The notes under the pieces were generated by a model that was not told where the DNA came from, did not search any database, and was given only the letters and a program-made list of their open reading frames with translations. The position numbers were made by a program, and so were the translations under genes. DNA of 64,000 nt, taken from the NCBI RefSeq assembly GCF_009914755.1, contig NC_060940.1, one strand, 5' to 3'. Below are positions 39,365 through 53,135 of this stretch, in pieces (position 1 is the stretch's first letter; every line of letters starts with the position of its first letter). This DNA comes from the human T2T-CHM13v2.0 reference genome, Homo sapiens.

Positions 39365-39870
39365 CTAAAATCCTGAGTCATCCTTCTCCGTCTCTCTTTG
39401 CCTTTCCCTAGTCAGTCAAAAAGTTCTGTAGATTTTGCACTGCAATATGCTTTCTATTTGTTTGCTCTTTTCCACTGCCCAAGTGCAACCTTTATCACCT
39501 TTTGTCCAGACAATTGCAATAGACTTCCTAAGTATTCCCCTGTCTCTAGTTGTTCTGCCCCCTACCAAAGCAATCCATTCTCACCTTCTTGCCAGTTATC
39601 TTCTTAAAGCAAAGCTCTGACGATGCCACTTTCTGCTTGAAAAACTTTAATGGTTCCCGGCTGCCTACAAAGTCCCAATGCCTCAAATATTATTCAAGGA
39701 TGTTCTTACCTGCCCTCAACCTCCCTTTCTCACCTTCTCATTTCCTTACACACTCATAGTCCAGCTTACTTAGAAACTGTTCCCTGTTCTCTCAGCAAAT
39801 GCCTCCCCTATGCTTCATGCACGTATCTTAATTCACACTAATCCTTCTTTGCTCTTCTAGATTCTACCTA
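39365..39870 (+). mobile_element. L2 fragment
   Basis: cctgagtcatcctt...caattgcaatagacttcctaa...caatccattctcac...aaaactttaatggttccc. Confidence 0.6.
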
Positions 39871-40257
39871 GAGGGATGACGGTAGCTTCTGTTTTAAGCT
39901 ACACTGAAACTCTGTCTCATGGAAGACTACAAAGCACCCAGAATTTTGTGGACCATAATTTGTGCAAAATTATCTGATTAAATCAATAAAGCTTTCAATA
40001 ATTCCTTCTGGTGTTTTTCTAGTCCTGGGACATTTAAATGTGCTGATGACTGACAATTTAAAATTGTAATGTTCCATCAAATGAGCTGGGAAGGAGACAG
40101 TTGATTCAGGACTGCAGGGTCAGGATCAGGACTGGACAAGGAAGAGGCCTGGTTGGAGCTCGGCTTGGTTCTCTCCCTCCCTCTAAATAGAGATGTCAGA
40201 TGAGCTTTCACGTAGCAGAGAATCATGTACTCTGTGCTGTCCCAAAGTGGGAAGGAA

Positions 40258-40460
40258 GCTATTATTGTTGGTGCCAGGCACTATACCGGATATGCCATTT
40301 TGCTGCCCAGTTAACCATCCTAATATCTGTTAAGGTAGGGATTCTCATTGTCTCTATTTTCTATCAGAAATGAGAGATGCAGAAGTGAGTAAATTCTTAA
40401 AGTCACAGTGTTGGGATTCAAAAACAAGTGTATCTGACTTCAAAATCCCACTCTGCTCTT
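40258..40460 (-). mobile_element. MIR SINE
   Basis: gtgccaggcactat...aaggtaggg...aagtcacag...tgggattcaaaaacaagtgtatctgacttcaaa. Confidence 0.65.
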
Positions 40461-40562
40461 ATCCAAGATCATACAGCAGAACAACTAAATTTATTTTTTA
40501 TTAATTTTTAAAATTGACCCATAATAATTGAACATATCCCCTGGGGCACATAGTGCTGTTGC

Positions 40563-40598
40563 ATCTATTCTCAGCCTTTTGGCTATGATCATGTATAG
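40563..40598 (+). pseudogene. U2 snRNA 3'-truncated retrocopy (U2 nt 1-36)
   Basis: atctattctcagccttttggctatgatcatgtatag vs U2 ATCGCTTCTCGGCCTTTTGGCTAAGATCAAGTGTAG = 30/36; 14-bp TSD catagtgctgttgc / cacagtgatgttgc. Confidence 0.85.
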
Positions 40599-42662
40599 CA
40601 CAGTGATGTTGCAATACATATAATGTAATGATCAGATCAGGGAACTCAGCATATACATTATCTCCAACAGTTACGACTTCTATGTGTTGAGAACCTTCAA
40701 TATCCTCCTTATAGCTATTTGTATATTCTAACTATGTACTATATTATTGTTAACTAAAGTCATCCTACAGTGCTATAGAACACTAGAGCTTATTCCTCCT
40801 ACCCAGTTATACTTTTATATCCTTTAACAAATCTCTCCCCGTTCCCCACTTCCCTTACCTTCCCCCACCTCTGGTATCCTCTGTTCTACTTTTTACTTCT
40901 ATGTGATCAACTTTTTTTTTTTTTAGCTTCTACATATGAGTAAGAACATGCAGTGTTTAACTTTCTGTTGCTGGCTTATTTTACTTAACAAAATGTCCTC
41001 CAGTTCCATCCTCATTGCTTCAAATGATAGGCTTTCATTCTTTTTTATGGCTGAATAGTATTCCATTGTGTATATATACCACAATTTCCTTATCCACTTA
41101 TCTGTTGTGGGACACCTAGGCTGATTCCATTTCTTGGCTATTGTGAATACTCCTGCAATAAACATAGGGGTGCAGATGCTTCTTTGGTATACTGATTTTC
41201 TTTCTTTTGGATAAATATCCAGTAGTAAGGTTGCTGGATCATGTGGTAGTTCTAATTTTAGTGTTTTAAGGAACCTCTGTATTGTTCTCCATAGTGACTC
41301 TACTAGTTTATGTTCCCACCAAAAGCATATAAGAGCACCCTTTTCTCCACATCCTCACCAACATTTGTTATTTTTTGTCTTTGATAATAGCCCTTCTAAC
41401 TGGGATGAGATAATACTTCATTGTGGTTTTGATTTGCAATTCCCTGATGATTAGTGATACCGAGGATTTTTTCATACACCTGTTGGCCATCTGTGTGTTT
41501 TCTTTTGAGAAATGTCTGTTCAAATTATTTGCCTATTTTTTAATTGGATTGTTTGGATTTTTGCTGTTGAGATGTTTGAGTTCATTACATATTCTGGATA
41601 TTAATCCCCTGTTGGATGGAGAGTTTCCAAATATTTCCTCCCACTCTGTAGGTTGTCTTTTCACTTTATTGATTGTTTCCTTTGTTGTGCAGAAACTTTA
41701 GTTTGATATAATCCCATTTGTTTATTTTTTCTATGCTTTTAAAGTTTTATTCATAAAATCTTTTCCCAGATCAAAACTCTGAAGCATTTCTCCTATGTTT
41801 TATTCTAGTAGTTTTATAGTTTTAGGTCTTCCATTTAGGTTTTTGATCCATTTTCAGTTGATTTTTGTACAGGGGAGAAGTGAAAGTCTAGTTTTATTCT
41901 TCTGCATATGGATATCCAATTTTTCCAGCACCATTTATGGAAAAGACTGCACTTTCCCCAACATGTGTTCTTGGTGCCTTTGTCAAAATTAGTTGGCTAT
42001 AGATGTGTGGATTAACTTCTGAGTTATCTATTCTGTTCTATTGGTCTATGCTTCCGTTTTTATGTTAGTACCATTCTGTTTTGGTTACTACAAACTTGTA
42101 GTATATTTTGAAGTCTAAAATAGTGTAATGCTAGTGTAATGCATCCATCTTTTTTTTCTGAGAATTGCTTTGGTTTTGGCTATTTGCTATTTGGAAGATT
42201 TTGTTGTTCCATAAATATTTTAGATTTTTGTTTATCTCTGTAAAGAATGTCACTGGCATTTTGATAGGGATTGCACTGAATCTGTAGATTACTTGGGTAG
42301 TGTGGTCATTTTAATAATATTAATTATTCTAATCCATGAGCATGGTCTGTTTTTCCATTTTTTTTTTTGTATCCTGTTCAATTTCTTTCATCAGTATTTT
42401 GCAATTCTCCTTATAGAGATCTTTCACCTCTTTGGTGAAATTTATTCCTATGTATTGTTTATGTAGATTTTGCAAATGGGATTGCCTTCTTGGTTTCTTT
42501 TTCAGCTAGTTTGTTGTTTGTGTATAGAAACAATACTGGTTTTGTATGTTTATTTTGTATTTTATAACTTCATTGAATTTGTTTATCAGTTCTAGAAGTT
42601 TTTTGTCAGAGTCTTTGGGTTGTTACAATTATTAAATGGAAAGCTTTCAGCTTTTCCCCAAT

Positions 42663-42899
42663 CTATATGATAACTGTGAATTTGTCATAGATGGCCTTTA
42701 TTCTGTTGAGGTACTTTCCTTCTATACCCAATATATTGAGAATTATTATCATGAAGAGATGTTGAATTTTATTAAATGCTTTTCCTGCATCTATTGAGAT
42801 GATCATATGGTTTTTGTCCTTCAATCTACTGATATGATGCACCACATTTATTGATTTGCATATGTTGAACCATCCTTGCATTTCTGGGACAAATCCCAC
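42663..42899 (-). pseudogene. L1 ORF2 reverse-transcriptase remnant
   Basis: [46 protein letters not shown] matches the L1 ORF2p RT region. Confidence 0.9.
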
Positions 42900-44134
42900 A
42901 TGATCATTGTGTATTATCTTTTTTTGTGTGTTATTAGATTTAAATTGCTAGTATTTTGAGGATTTTTATGTCTAGGTTCATCAGGGATATTGGCCTGTAG
43001 TTTCCTTTTTTTGTTGTTGCCTTGTCTGGTTTAGTATCCTGATCATGCTGGCCTCAAAAAACGAATTAAGAAAAACTCCCTCCATTTCAATTTATTGAAT
43101 AGTTTGAGAAGAAATTGGTATTAATTATTCTTTAAAGGTTTGGTAGAATTGAGTGGTAAAGCTATCTAGTCTTGGACTTTTCTTTATTGAGAGACTTTTT
43201 ATTACTGATTCAATCTCATTACATGTTATTGGCTTGTTCAGGTGTTCTATTTCTTCTTGGTTCAATCTTGGTAGGTTGTATGTGCCCAGGAATTTATCCA
43301 TTTCCTCCAGATTTTCAAACTTATCAGCATATAGCTGTTAAGTTCATAGTAGTTTCTAATGATCCTTTGTATTTCCATGGTATCTGTTGTGGTGTCTCCT
43401 TTTTTGTTTCTGATTTTACATATTTGGGTATTTTCTCCTTTTTCTTGGTTAATATAGCTAATGATTTCTCAATTTTGTTTGTCCTTTCAAAAAAATTCTT
43501 GTTTTGTTGATCTTTTGTATTTTTGTCTCATTTCATTTATCTCTGCTACAATCTTTGTTATTTATTTATTTCCACTAATTTTGGGTTTGGCTTATTCTTT
43601 CTTTTCTAGTTCTTTGAGATGCATCATTAGGTTGTTTAGTTAAAGTCTTTCTAATTTTTTTATGTAGACATTCATTGCTATAAATTTGTCTCTTAATAAT
43701 GCTTTTTCTGTGTCTCATACATTTTGAGATGTTGTGTCTTATTTTCATTTGTTTCAAGGATTTTTAAAATTTTATCCTTAATTTTCTCCTTCATCCATTG
43801 GTCATTCAGGAGCATGTTTAATTTCTATGTATTAGTATAGTTTAAAATGTTCCTCTATTGTTGATTTCCAGTTTTAGTCCATTGTGTTCAGATTAGATAC
43901 TTGGTATGATTTTGATTTTTTAAAAAAATTTGTGATACTTGGATTGTGTCCTAACATATAGTCAATCCTGGAAAATATTCATTCCTACTTTTCATTGGAG
44001 TGTGTTTTTATTAGCAACATAAAATTGGAAGCAGCCATACTGCAGTAGCAAATCTAGGCATTTTATTTACCAAGATATTTGAGTTATATCCCTAAGTTTT
44101 ATAAACTCAAGGTGAAGTGGAGAAGAAAAGTTAT

Positions 44135-44360
44135 AATTTATTGAATACTTACTATATACTAGGCACTGTGCTAAGTAAGCCTGTGAGTACACATAACTGC
44201 ATTGAGACCTCCCAGCACCCCTATGAGTAGTTCTTCTTAACATCCACATTTTACAGATTGTAAGATTGAGGCCCAAAGAAGTTAAAATAACTTGACAAAA
44301 GCCACACAGATAAAAAGCAGAAGAGCTAAGATTCAGTCAAGATAGAACCCCAAAGTCATA
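44135..44360 (-). mobile_element. MIR SINE
   Basis: atttattgaatacttactatatactaggcactgtgctaag...cattttacagattgtaagattgaggcccaaagaagttaa. Confidence 0.8.
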
Positions 44361-45207
44361 CCCAAATAATTATAATAAAGTAATAAGTGGCATACCACAG
44401 AAACAGCAGAATACGTGAGAAAGGGAGTGGAGATCAGGTAAGCTTTCACACAGAAGGTAGCAAATAGGCTGGGCTTTAAAGCATGGGTAGACATCCACCA
44501 GGTATTTGAGTTGGTGGAAAATGGATGTGCCGTGCCCTAATGAAAGGAAAGGGTTCTGTCCAGAAGAATCAGAGGGTTGAATGTCATGGGATTATAGGGC
44601 ATGCAGCAGAAAGTGATGAGAAATCACTGCCCTTAAGAAGGAGGAGGCTGTGGCAGGTGACGGAAAGCCCTGTTACCATAAAAGAAAGCTTAGGCTTTGC
44701 TTTTAGGGACTGAGGAGCCCTAAGCAAGATGTGGTCTGATTGAACTTGAGATCTAGAAAGAACAGTTTGGTGGCAAAGTGGAGAAGACAGGCTTGATCAT
44801 GGAGGCCAAGGGACTAAACAAAAAAGTCTCAGGACAAGCAGGTACTGCCAACCCAAGAAGAAGGCCAGGAGGGCCCATGTGAATGGAAGAGTGTAAGTTG
44901 AGTCTGAAGTGGTCTCAGCTACCACTGATCAATTCTGGCAGGCACTACCATGTTGGAGAATGGGCCTAGAAATAGAGACTTTAAAATCTTTAAATTTTTT
45001 AATATCTTGATTTTTTAAAATCAAGTATTCCTTTCAATTCTTGCTATCCAAATACTACCTAGACTCAGGAACCAAATACAGACTCACTTGTTCTCTTGCG
45101 CTTACTCTGTATCTGAACTCTCACTGCCCTAAAACAGAGATGAGACAGATTTGGATGGTGTGGGACCTGTCAGCAACCAATATAAGCATTAAAAAATTAC
45201 TTGTTAG

Positions 45208-45812
<605 letters not shown>

Positions 45813-45957
45813 CTTGTCAGTGTACATAATACGAATATAGATACATATGTATAAACACACACATACAAATACACATATGCACGTATACACACATATATAC
45901 ATATATACACACAAGAAAACATGTGTGCATGTTTATGTATGTTTATATGTGCATATA

Positions 45958-46799
45958 CAGTCATGTGTCACTTAACGATGGGGACACATACTGAGAAATG
46001 TGTCAATAGGTGATTTTGTCATTGCACAAATGTTGTACAGTCCACCTACACAAACCTAGATTGTATACTATACACCTAGGCTTTATAGTATAGCCTACTG
46101 CTCCTAAGCTACAAACCTGTACAGCGTGTTACTGTACTGAATACTGTAAGCAACTGTAATACAATGGTAACTATTGTGTATCTAAATATAACTAAACAGA
46201 GAAAAGGTATAGTAAAAATAGAGTATACAAGATTTAAAATGGCACAACTGTATAGGGCACTTGCCATGAGTAGAGCTTGCAGGATTGGAAGTGGCAATGG
46301 GTGAGTCAGTGAGTGAGTGGTGACAGAATGTGAAGGCATAGATCATTACTACTTGTAGACTTTATAAACAATGTACACTTAGGTTACACTAAATTTATTT
46401 ACATTTTTTTATTTCCTTAATAATAAATTAGCCTTAGCTAACTGTAACTTTTTTACTGTATAAACTTAAAACTTTTTTGTGACTTTTTGACATCTGTAAC
46501 TTAGCTTAAAATACAAACACGTTATACAGCTATACAAAAATATTTTCTTTCAAATATTTCTTTCTTTACAAAAATATTTTTCTTAAATCCTTATTCTATA
46601 AGCGCTTTTTTCTATTTAAATTTTTTAAAATTATTTTGTTAAAAACTAAGACACAAACACACACGTTAGTCTAGGCCTATGCAGGGTCAGGATCATCAAG
46701 ACGTCACTAGGCAATAGGAATTTTTCAGCTCCATTAGAATCTTATGAAACCACCACCATCTATGTCATTAACATAAACATAATTTTGCGGCACATGACA
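45958..46799. mobile_element. Tigger3 (Golem/MER7-type) DNA transposon
   Basis: TA then TIR-like cagtcatgtgtcacttaacgat...; far end gcggcacatgac; internal gctacaaacctgtacagcgtgttactgtactgaatactgta. Confidence 0.88.
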
Positions 46800-47225
46800 C
46801 AGCTACTACCGTTACTGGAACTACAAACACTCAGTATCTCGGAGTTACACAGCCTGCCCAGGAACCCTGGGCTTCATCAAGCTCTTAAGACACATACTTT
46901 TTGCAGCCTTCAGTAAAACATGAGCCTCTTCTCTAGGTTTTCTCCCATTGCTTGATGTCCAAGACCCTGGAATTTTCCCCAGGAAGGTGACCAAAGAATT
47001 GAGATGTACAGTTCAGACTTCAAAAGCAAAACAGAGACTTGGGTGGTTTGATCTACCAACCAAAAGTATAAGACAAGAAGGAATGTGAACCGTCCTCAGG
47101 GTGGTTCACCTGAGCTACTACTAAGTTTAATTTAGCAGCTGAAACCCTCAGCTCTTGTGTCGACTCAACTCTTTTAATAACTTCTACTCATAATCCACTG
47201 TATTACTATATTGTTTATGAGGAAG

Positions 47226-47226
<1 letters not shown>

Positions 47227-47270
<44 letters not shown>
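47227..47270. repeat. (CT)n microsatellite
   Basis: Directly visible. Confidence 0.95.
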
Positions 47271-47273
<3 letters not shown>

Positions 47274-47914
47274 ATTTTCTATGACTAGAAATGAGTGAAA
47301 AATGCCCACTCCCTCACACGGCTTCAACTCCTCTTCTAGTGCTGATTTTCTCCCATTTCTTCCCATCGCCACTTCTTTGCAATGGAAGCTGCAATACTTG
47401 TGGGCAGTTTCTTAATTATTTAATGTATTTGCAGTTGATTTCCTGGACATAACAAGAGTGCCATTCAAGGTCCCTGAGGGCTCTAAGAGTGCACTTCTGG
47501 AAGCCAAGGCTTCTCACCTTGCCCACCAGCATCGGCCCTCAGGAGGTTTAAAATCAAATGGTTCTCACATCACCTGGCCCTGCAATTCACCCGTCTGATT
47601 TATCACACTTGGCTGAGGGCCTAGAACTTGGTTCAGAAAAGGTTTCTGGCTGGATACTTCACAACCCAACAGTATGTCTGTAATTCATGGTGGTTTGTTT
47701 TATGTATAGCAGCAGAAATCCAAACACTCTCTCCCTTACCTGTTTTTGTGGCTGTTTTCATGTGTCATTAACAAAACTTTGAGCACCTAGGAATTTAATT
47801 TTTTTTTTAAATCTGCCTGAACTTGAGACAATTTCTGGAGCTAGTGGATAAATCCAACAAATATTTATCCTATACCTGCAATGTGTAAGATGCTGATCAG
47901 GAGTAGGGTAGGTG

Positions 47915-48085
47915 TAGACTAACTCTTTATCTGTTTTGTAAATAAAGTTTTATCGGAACACAGACACACCCGTTCATTTACATATGGTCTATGGTTACTT
48001 TCAAACCAGTGACACAGTTGAGTACTTGCAACAGAGATTGCATAGCCCATAAAGCCTGAAATATTTACTCTCTGTCACTGGATCA
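47915..48085. mobile_element. MER58A-like fragment
   Basis: ctgttttgtaaataaagttttatcggaacacag...ttgagtacttgcaacagaga...aaagcctgaaatatttact. Confidence 0.8.
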
Positions 48086-48612
48086 GCCATTTGACATTTT
48101 GTGGCAAATTGTCTGAAGGATCCTACTGGTTCTCATGGGGTTCACTGCAAATATTAGTGACTCTTAAAATCTATAGCTTTATTTGGACCTCTTTCCAAAG
48201 CTCAAAAATCATAATTTCAACATTCTGGGGGCATCTCCACCTGCTGTCCCAATATTCTACAGGATTTCCAAGCTCAATATCCCCATAGGAACCTCTCTTC
48301 CTATGGCATCCCTTGTCTCATTTATGATATCATCACCCACAGATCTTGAGCCTTGGTCCCCTGGGTGACATCCCTGGATCTTCCCTTTCCCTCAGCTCCA
48401 CATGTAACTGCCATGAGTTCCTCCTATAGATCTCCCTTACCCTTCTCTATTCCATCCTTGCTGCCACATCTACCTTCATCTCCTGCGTGGACACTGCAGA
48501 AGTTAACCCTTTCCACTGTATAGGAATAAGAATCAACCAAGCTAAGGCACAAATGAAACATGAGATACACAGCTTTGCATACAATTTAGGGGAATGGCTC
48601 CCATAGCTCTAA

Positions 48613-48885
48613 AATAATAATAGCTAATACTTGCATAGCTCTTACTATATTTCAGGCACAGTTCTAGGTAACTTAACTTATGATAGTGCCTTGGAGCCTC
48701 ATAATTAACCTACGAAGTAGGCATTCTTTCTATCATTCCCATCTTACAGATAAGGAAGCTGAGGTTCAATGAAACTGAATAACATGTCCAAGGTTACAAG
48801 AAAGCAAAGGATGGAACTAGGATGCAAATTCAGGCAGTCTGTCTCAAGTCTGTGCTCTTAACCACAAGTCTGTTCTATGCTGCCT
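48613..48885 (-). mobile_element. MIR SINE, near full length
   Basis: aataataatagctaatacttgcatagctcttactat...cccatcttacagataaggaagctgagg...ccaaggttaca...caggcagtctg. Confidence 0.85.
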
Positions 48886-49544
48886 CTGTTGATCTGAGCT
48901 TTTTTGTGTCTTGCCAGGGTTACCAACGTTCAACCCATAGTCAGATCAGGTCACAACTTCCTTATCGGCTGGACCACTCCTCAGCAAAATGTAGAGAATT
49001 CTTGCACAATGGATCTCAACTTGGCATGCCAAGAAAGGGGCTGCTCATCCACCAGGTTTCTCCCTCCTAGTGGTGGGGAGTGAAGAGTGAGGCCCAGGGG
49101 CTTATCACAGAAAGGATCCCAGAGCTGCATTGGTGAGGGGAGAATAGGATTGCAGGATGGGGCTGGAGTAGTTGGGGCAATTATAGCCTTTAAGCAGGCT
49201 TTCTCCTGCATTTGTCTGAGATAAAATCCATTACCAAGTTGCCTTTCTGCTCCCAGATCTGTCACTCTACAAGCTTTTATCCTGAATAACAACACACTTA
49301 AATATTCAGCAAGTGCCCCGCAGAGCAGTAAATACTGAAAGCACACATAAAAGGTCATGGTCTCCATCCCCTCCCTCCTCCCTGGATTTACAGTTTAAGA
49401 GGCAAGACCCCAAAGCTGCACTCTTAATAAAATGTGGCCTAAAAATGTAGAAAGAAATTATTTCTTGCCCTGTTTTTTCAACAATGACTTTCTCATGTCT
49501 TTGTTGGGTATAATCAGAGGGAAAAGGCAGATAAAATGACTTAG

Positions 49545-49965
49545 TGGATTCATTTGAACAAAGTATATTAAGAATTTACTCTACGCAAAGCTCCATGCTT
49601 GGCATTGAAAGGGATCAACAAGAGCATCAAATAATTACTACCTTCAAGAAGTTTTCTCTCTAGCAGTGGGATAGGTTCTATGTCTACATAAATATAACAC
49701 CATACTATTGCCCATAAAATGTTTACAGAAGGGAAACAATGGTGAGAATGCCACTCATTGGGCCCCTGTGATATACCAGGCACTGTGTTCAATGCTGCAA
49801 GTCTTCACTATCTCATATAATCCTTACTGCAACCCTGCAAGGCAGCGATAATTAGCCTCATTTTACAAAGGAGAAAATGGAGGCTACTCAGAAAGGTTAA
49901 GTCACCTGCCCTAGAGGAAGAAAAGCTGGGATTTAAACTGAAGTCATGGAGACTGCAAAGCCCAT
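49545..49965 (-). mobile_element. L2 tail fragment followed by MIR (~49765-49965)
   Basis: attcatttgaacaaagtatatt...; ccaggcactgtg...cattttacaaaggagaaaatggaggc...aggttaagtcacctgccc. Confidence 0.65.
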
Positions 49966-50899
49966 AGCAGAGGCATTATGTAAGCTTCTTTTTGCCCCAG
50001 TGAGTGAGTGAAATGTTGAGGGGGGTGATTTGGGCCCGTGCATCCCAAGCAGAGGGAAGAGAATGGGGTATCAGAAGAGGGAAATGTAGGATTTGTGCCA
50101 AGGATGGAAGAGCAGGGAATGTGGTGGAGTAAGTCCTGAGAGCAGGTGGAGGCTTTGACTGGGTACCAAGGAGGTTCTCTCATTTGGTGGCTACAGACTA
50201 ACCACCATGGTGGTTCCCCCCGAGGGCCTCACATTTTTGGACATAAAACCAGCCTTAGAAATTTCTGGCTTTTTCTGATTTTAAGCCAAATCATGTCCAT
50301 CTTCCTCAATACTGTTCCTATCCCCTTTTTTAGCACAGCCAAATCTTGAGCAATCTTAAGCTGAGCAAACATGGATGTTCAGGGGCAAACTGCTTGTCCT
50401 TGCAGTGGGCCTTCATGCTCCAGTGATGGAGATGGTAGGATCTCAGCCGCTTTCACACTAATCCCTTCTCCCCTGGAGAGGAGTAGTTATTGCCTTGCAT
50501 CTCTGCCTCATCAAAGACGAGCCAAATTGGTTTGTGGGCATTCTACTGGGATTGGTATGTGGCGTGTCGCATTAATAGAGTGTTTGAAATACAGCCTTCA
50601 GAAAGTATGCTTCCATTTGCAGCACTGTATCATAGTCAGAGACTCAGCATCAACCAGAAGAAAGAACAAAGTCTGAAGTCTACTTATTGGATGAAAAGAG
50701 GTAGATAAGCAGGAGTAGGAGATGAAGAAGTTTGTGGAAGAGACCCAATCCATGTTTTCAATAGCAAGCACATTTTCACATTGTCCAAATGATGTCTTAT
50801 GAGCAGAAAGATTCAAGGTCATTGGAGGAAATAAGCATAAATTAACCAGGGCAATTTCCACAGTCTCTAGAGTGATGTGCAAGGGTGACCTCAAAGGTC

Positions 50900-51065
50900 A
50901 AAGAACTCGGATCATAGACTCATAGCAGAAAGGAACAACAGAGATTAGCCATCTTTTTAAAATGAAGAAGCTAAAGCCCAGAGAGTACAAACACTTATCC
51001 AAAGTCACATAGATGGTTAGCAGTGGGACAAGATCTGAAGTATCCTGCTTTCCAGCCCAGGGTCT
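50900..51065 (-). mobile_element. MIR fragment
   Basis: aaatgaagaagctaaagcccagagag...cttatccaaagtcacatagatggttag. Confidence 0.6.
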
Positions 51066-52351
51066 GTTTATGACACCATGATGCCTTCTATGAGAATGTG
51101 ACTATGAGCAAGCGGTAAATATTTTAAGATGTCAGAAACCTGAGTATGGGTGCAAAAGGCCAGGGAGGGCTTCAAGGAGGACATCGAAGGATGTGAAATG
51201 GGCTTTGAAGAATAGGTGGAATTTAAATAGGCAGAGAGTAGAGGACATTGCAGAGAGAGGAGGATGCCCTCCACCTGCCCAGAATGTGCCAAACCTGGCA
51301 TCTCAGTATCAGAAAAAGAAGTCAGCAGATTCTTGTGGTGAAAAATTGCTACAACAGTAAAATTGAATCCCCCTTCCCGGAAGAAATGTAAGCCCTTGTA
51401 ACAGATGAGAAATCTAAACCTTCGTGCCCTAGCTTAATAGTTTTCAGAAACCAACAAACTCCTTGAAAGGTTGAAGAGGAAAGGAGGAAAAAACTCAGCT
51501 TGCCTCTCCGCTTAAAGGAAGAGTGCTTCCTGCTGGCAGCTGTAAACATTCATGGAGCACGCTGAGGGCTTCAACCCCAGCAGGGCATCTTGGGCAGGGA
51601 CAGAGCCCCCCAGAGCCCGGGAGGGGCCAGGTCTAGCTTCCCCAGGGCCTTACCCATTCACCAGTGGGTGACAGGACCACAGGAGACCTGAGTCACCCTT
51701 GTTAATCGTGCTCAGATCATTGGCCCATTACAAATCTCCCTCAACCGGAATAAAATGTGGCCTCTAAAAGGATGTAGACAAAGGCGGCAGCTCACATCAG
51801 AACAGCATTTATAAAATGAGCCCAGGTGAAAAGCCCAGAACCCATGCCCAACACAGGATGATAACAGAGATGTAAAACATATTTAAGGAGGAATTAAGAT
51901 TGAAAAGAAAAATGAACACAACTGTGTCCAGCTGGTGGGATGTTGGATGCTTTTTTTGTCTTTGAAAATAATCTTCATTACAATTGTATGTGATATAAAT
52001 AATAAATAAATACATTTTGCCATACTTTTTTGAACTGTGCCAGCCTTTGTCTCCAATCCACCCGAACAGACGCTGAGCCCGTCAAGGAAGTAGACAAAGT
52101 TTTTCTCCAGCACTCACCGCACCCCTACCTGCCTAATACCCACAATTTACATCCTGCCTTATCTTCCCCAGGCTTAATTCCTTAACCATTATCTCAAACT
52201 AATGACTTTTCTCCCTCCTTCTTCCTGCCATCTACCTCCCCAAAATATTTCCTAGTATTGAAGCTGTTCTCAGTGCTAGCAGTGCAGTCACTAACTTAGT
52301 GAGGGAAGGGACAGGTAGGTTACCCTCTACGATAATGTGTCTGCTTACTGT

Positions 52352-52600
52352 AGTTGGATAGTCTGCAAAGATGGGCATTGTCAATGCCTGCCCTCTCTGC
52401 ATACATAGGCTACTCCGTCTCCTTGCATCTGAGCTGGACTCAGTGACCTGCTTGACCAACAAAATGCAGTGGAAGTGACAATCTTGGAAGTGGGGCTTCC
52501 AAGGCTAGGTCCCCAGGGAGAATGGTGGGCAGTAGGTCTGGCTGGGTAGGTTGGGACGCAGTTCTTTAGCGGCTCTCCTTGAGCAGCAGCCCTCTGGGCT
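52352..52600 (+). mobile_element. Old MaLR LTR fragment (MLT1G/H-like)
   Basis: tgtagttggatagtctgcaaagatgg...tctgagctggactcagtgacctgcttgaccaacaaaatgcagtggaagtgac. Confidence 0.55.
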
Positions 52601-52959
52601 ACACTGTCAATATGTCCCTGAAGGCTGGGGTCAGTGTGATCTACATCCTCTGCCCCAATCTGGTCACCACTTGTTCCCAACTGCAAGCTTATCGCTTTGC
52701 TGAGAGACTAGAGATTCAAGAATGCAAGAGTTCAATCTAAATAAATCTCCAAGGAATTCAAAGTGCACATGTGTCTGTGTATAAAGCGCACCCCCACTGT
52801 ATTTATGAACTGTAGCAAAGTCCACACCTTCACCATCCATTAATATTGATGGGCCATGAAGACGCTTTTAGGTGGGAGGGCATGATCATAGCTCAGAGTT
52901 AATGGGTGAAAGAATCGATCCCATTTCAACCTCTAGGGAAAGGCTGAAGTTGGAGCTGG

Positions 52960-53135
52960 AGAAGGGTCTTGGGTACTGTCCCCAGAGTATTAGCTGACCT
53001 GGGTTCCTAGCTCTGCTGGTCATTTGCAGTGTAAACTTGGGTAAGTCACTCTCCCTCACTGAGCCTCAGTTTCTTCATCTGCACAGAACAGAGGATCTCT
53101 GGGGTTCCTTTAAGTTTTGACATTTCATGATTCTA
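52960..53135 (+). mobile_element. MIR fragment
   Basis: gacctgggttcctagctctgc...cttgggtaagtcactctccctcactgagcctcagtttcttcatctg. Confidence 0.75.

Larger units (their letters stand above)
40490..43990 (-). mobile_element. L1MA (L1MA1-4-like), ~3.5 kb, with an internal deletion near 42630
   Basis: 3' UTR atcagatcagggaactcagcatat...gaacactagagcttattcctcct; ORF2 remnants. Confidence 0.88.

Noticed and set aside
42121-42142. Tandem duplication tagtgtaatgc x2, and similar short duplications at ~24958-24990, ~46537-46583 and ~55165-55192
   Set aside because: These are simple slippage-type duplications, common in mammalian DNA.
40923-43757. ORFs with RT-like and L1 C-terminal peptides
   Set aside because: They are fragments of a dead, 5'-truncated L1MA ORF2.
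45001-45029. Short hairpin cttgatttt-tt-aaaatcaag
   Set aside because: A 9-bp stem in very AT-rich sequence is compatible with chance.
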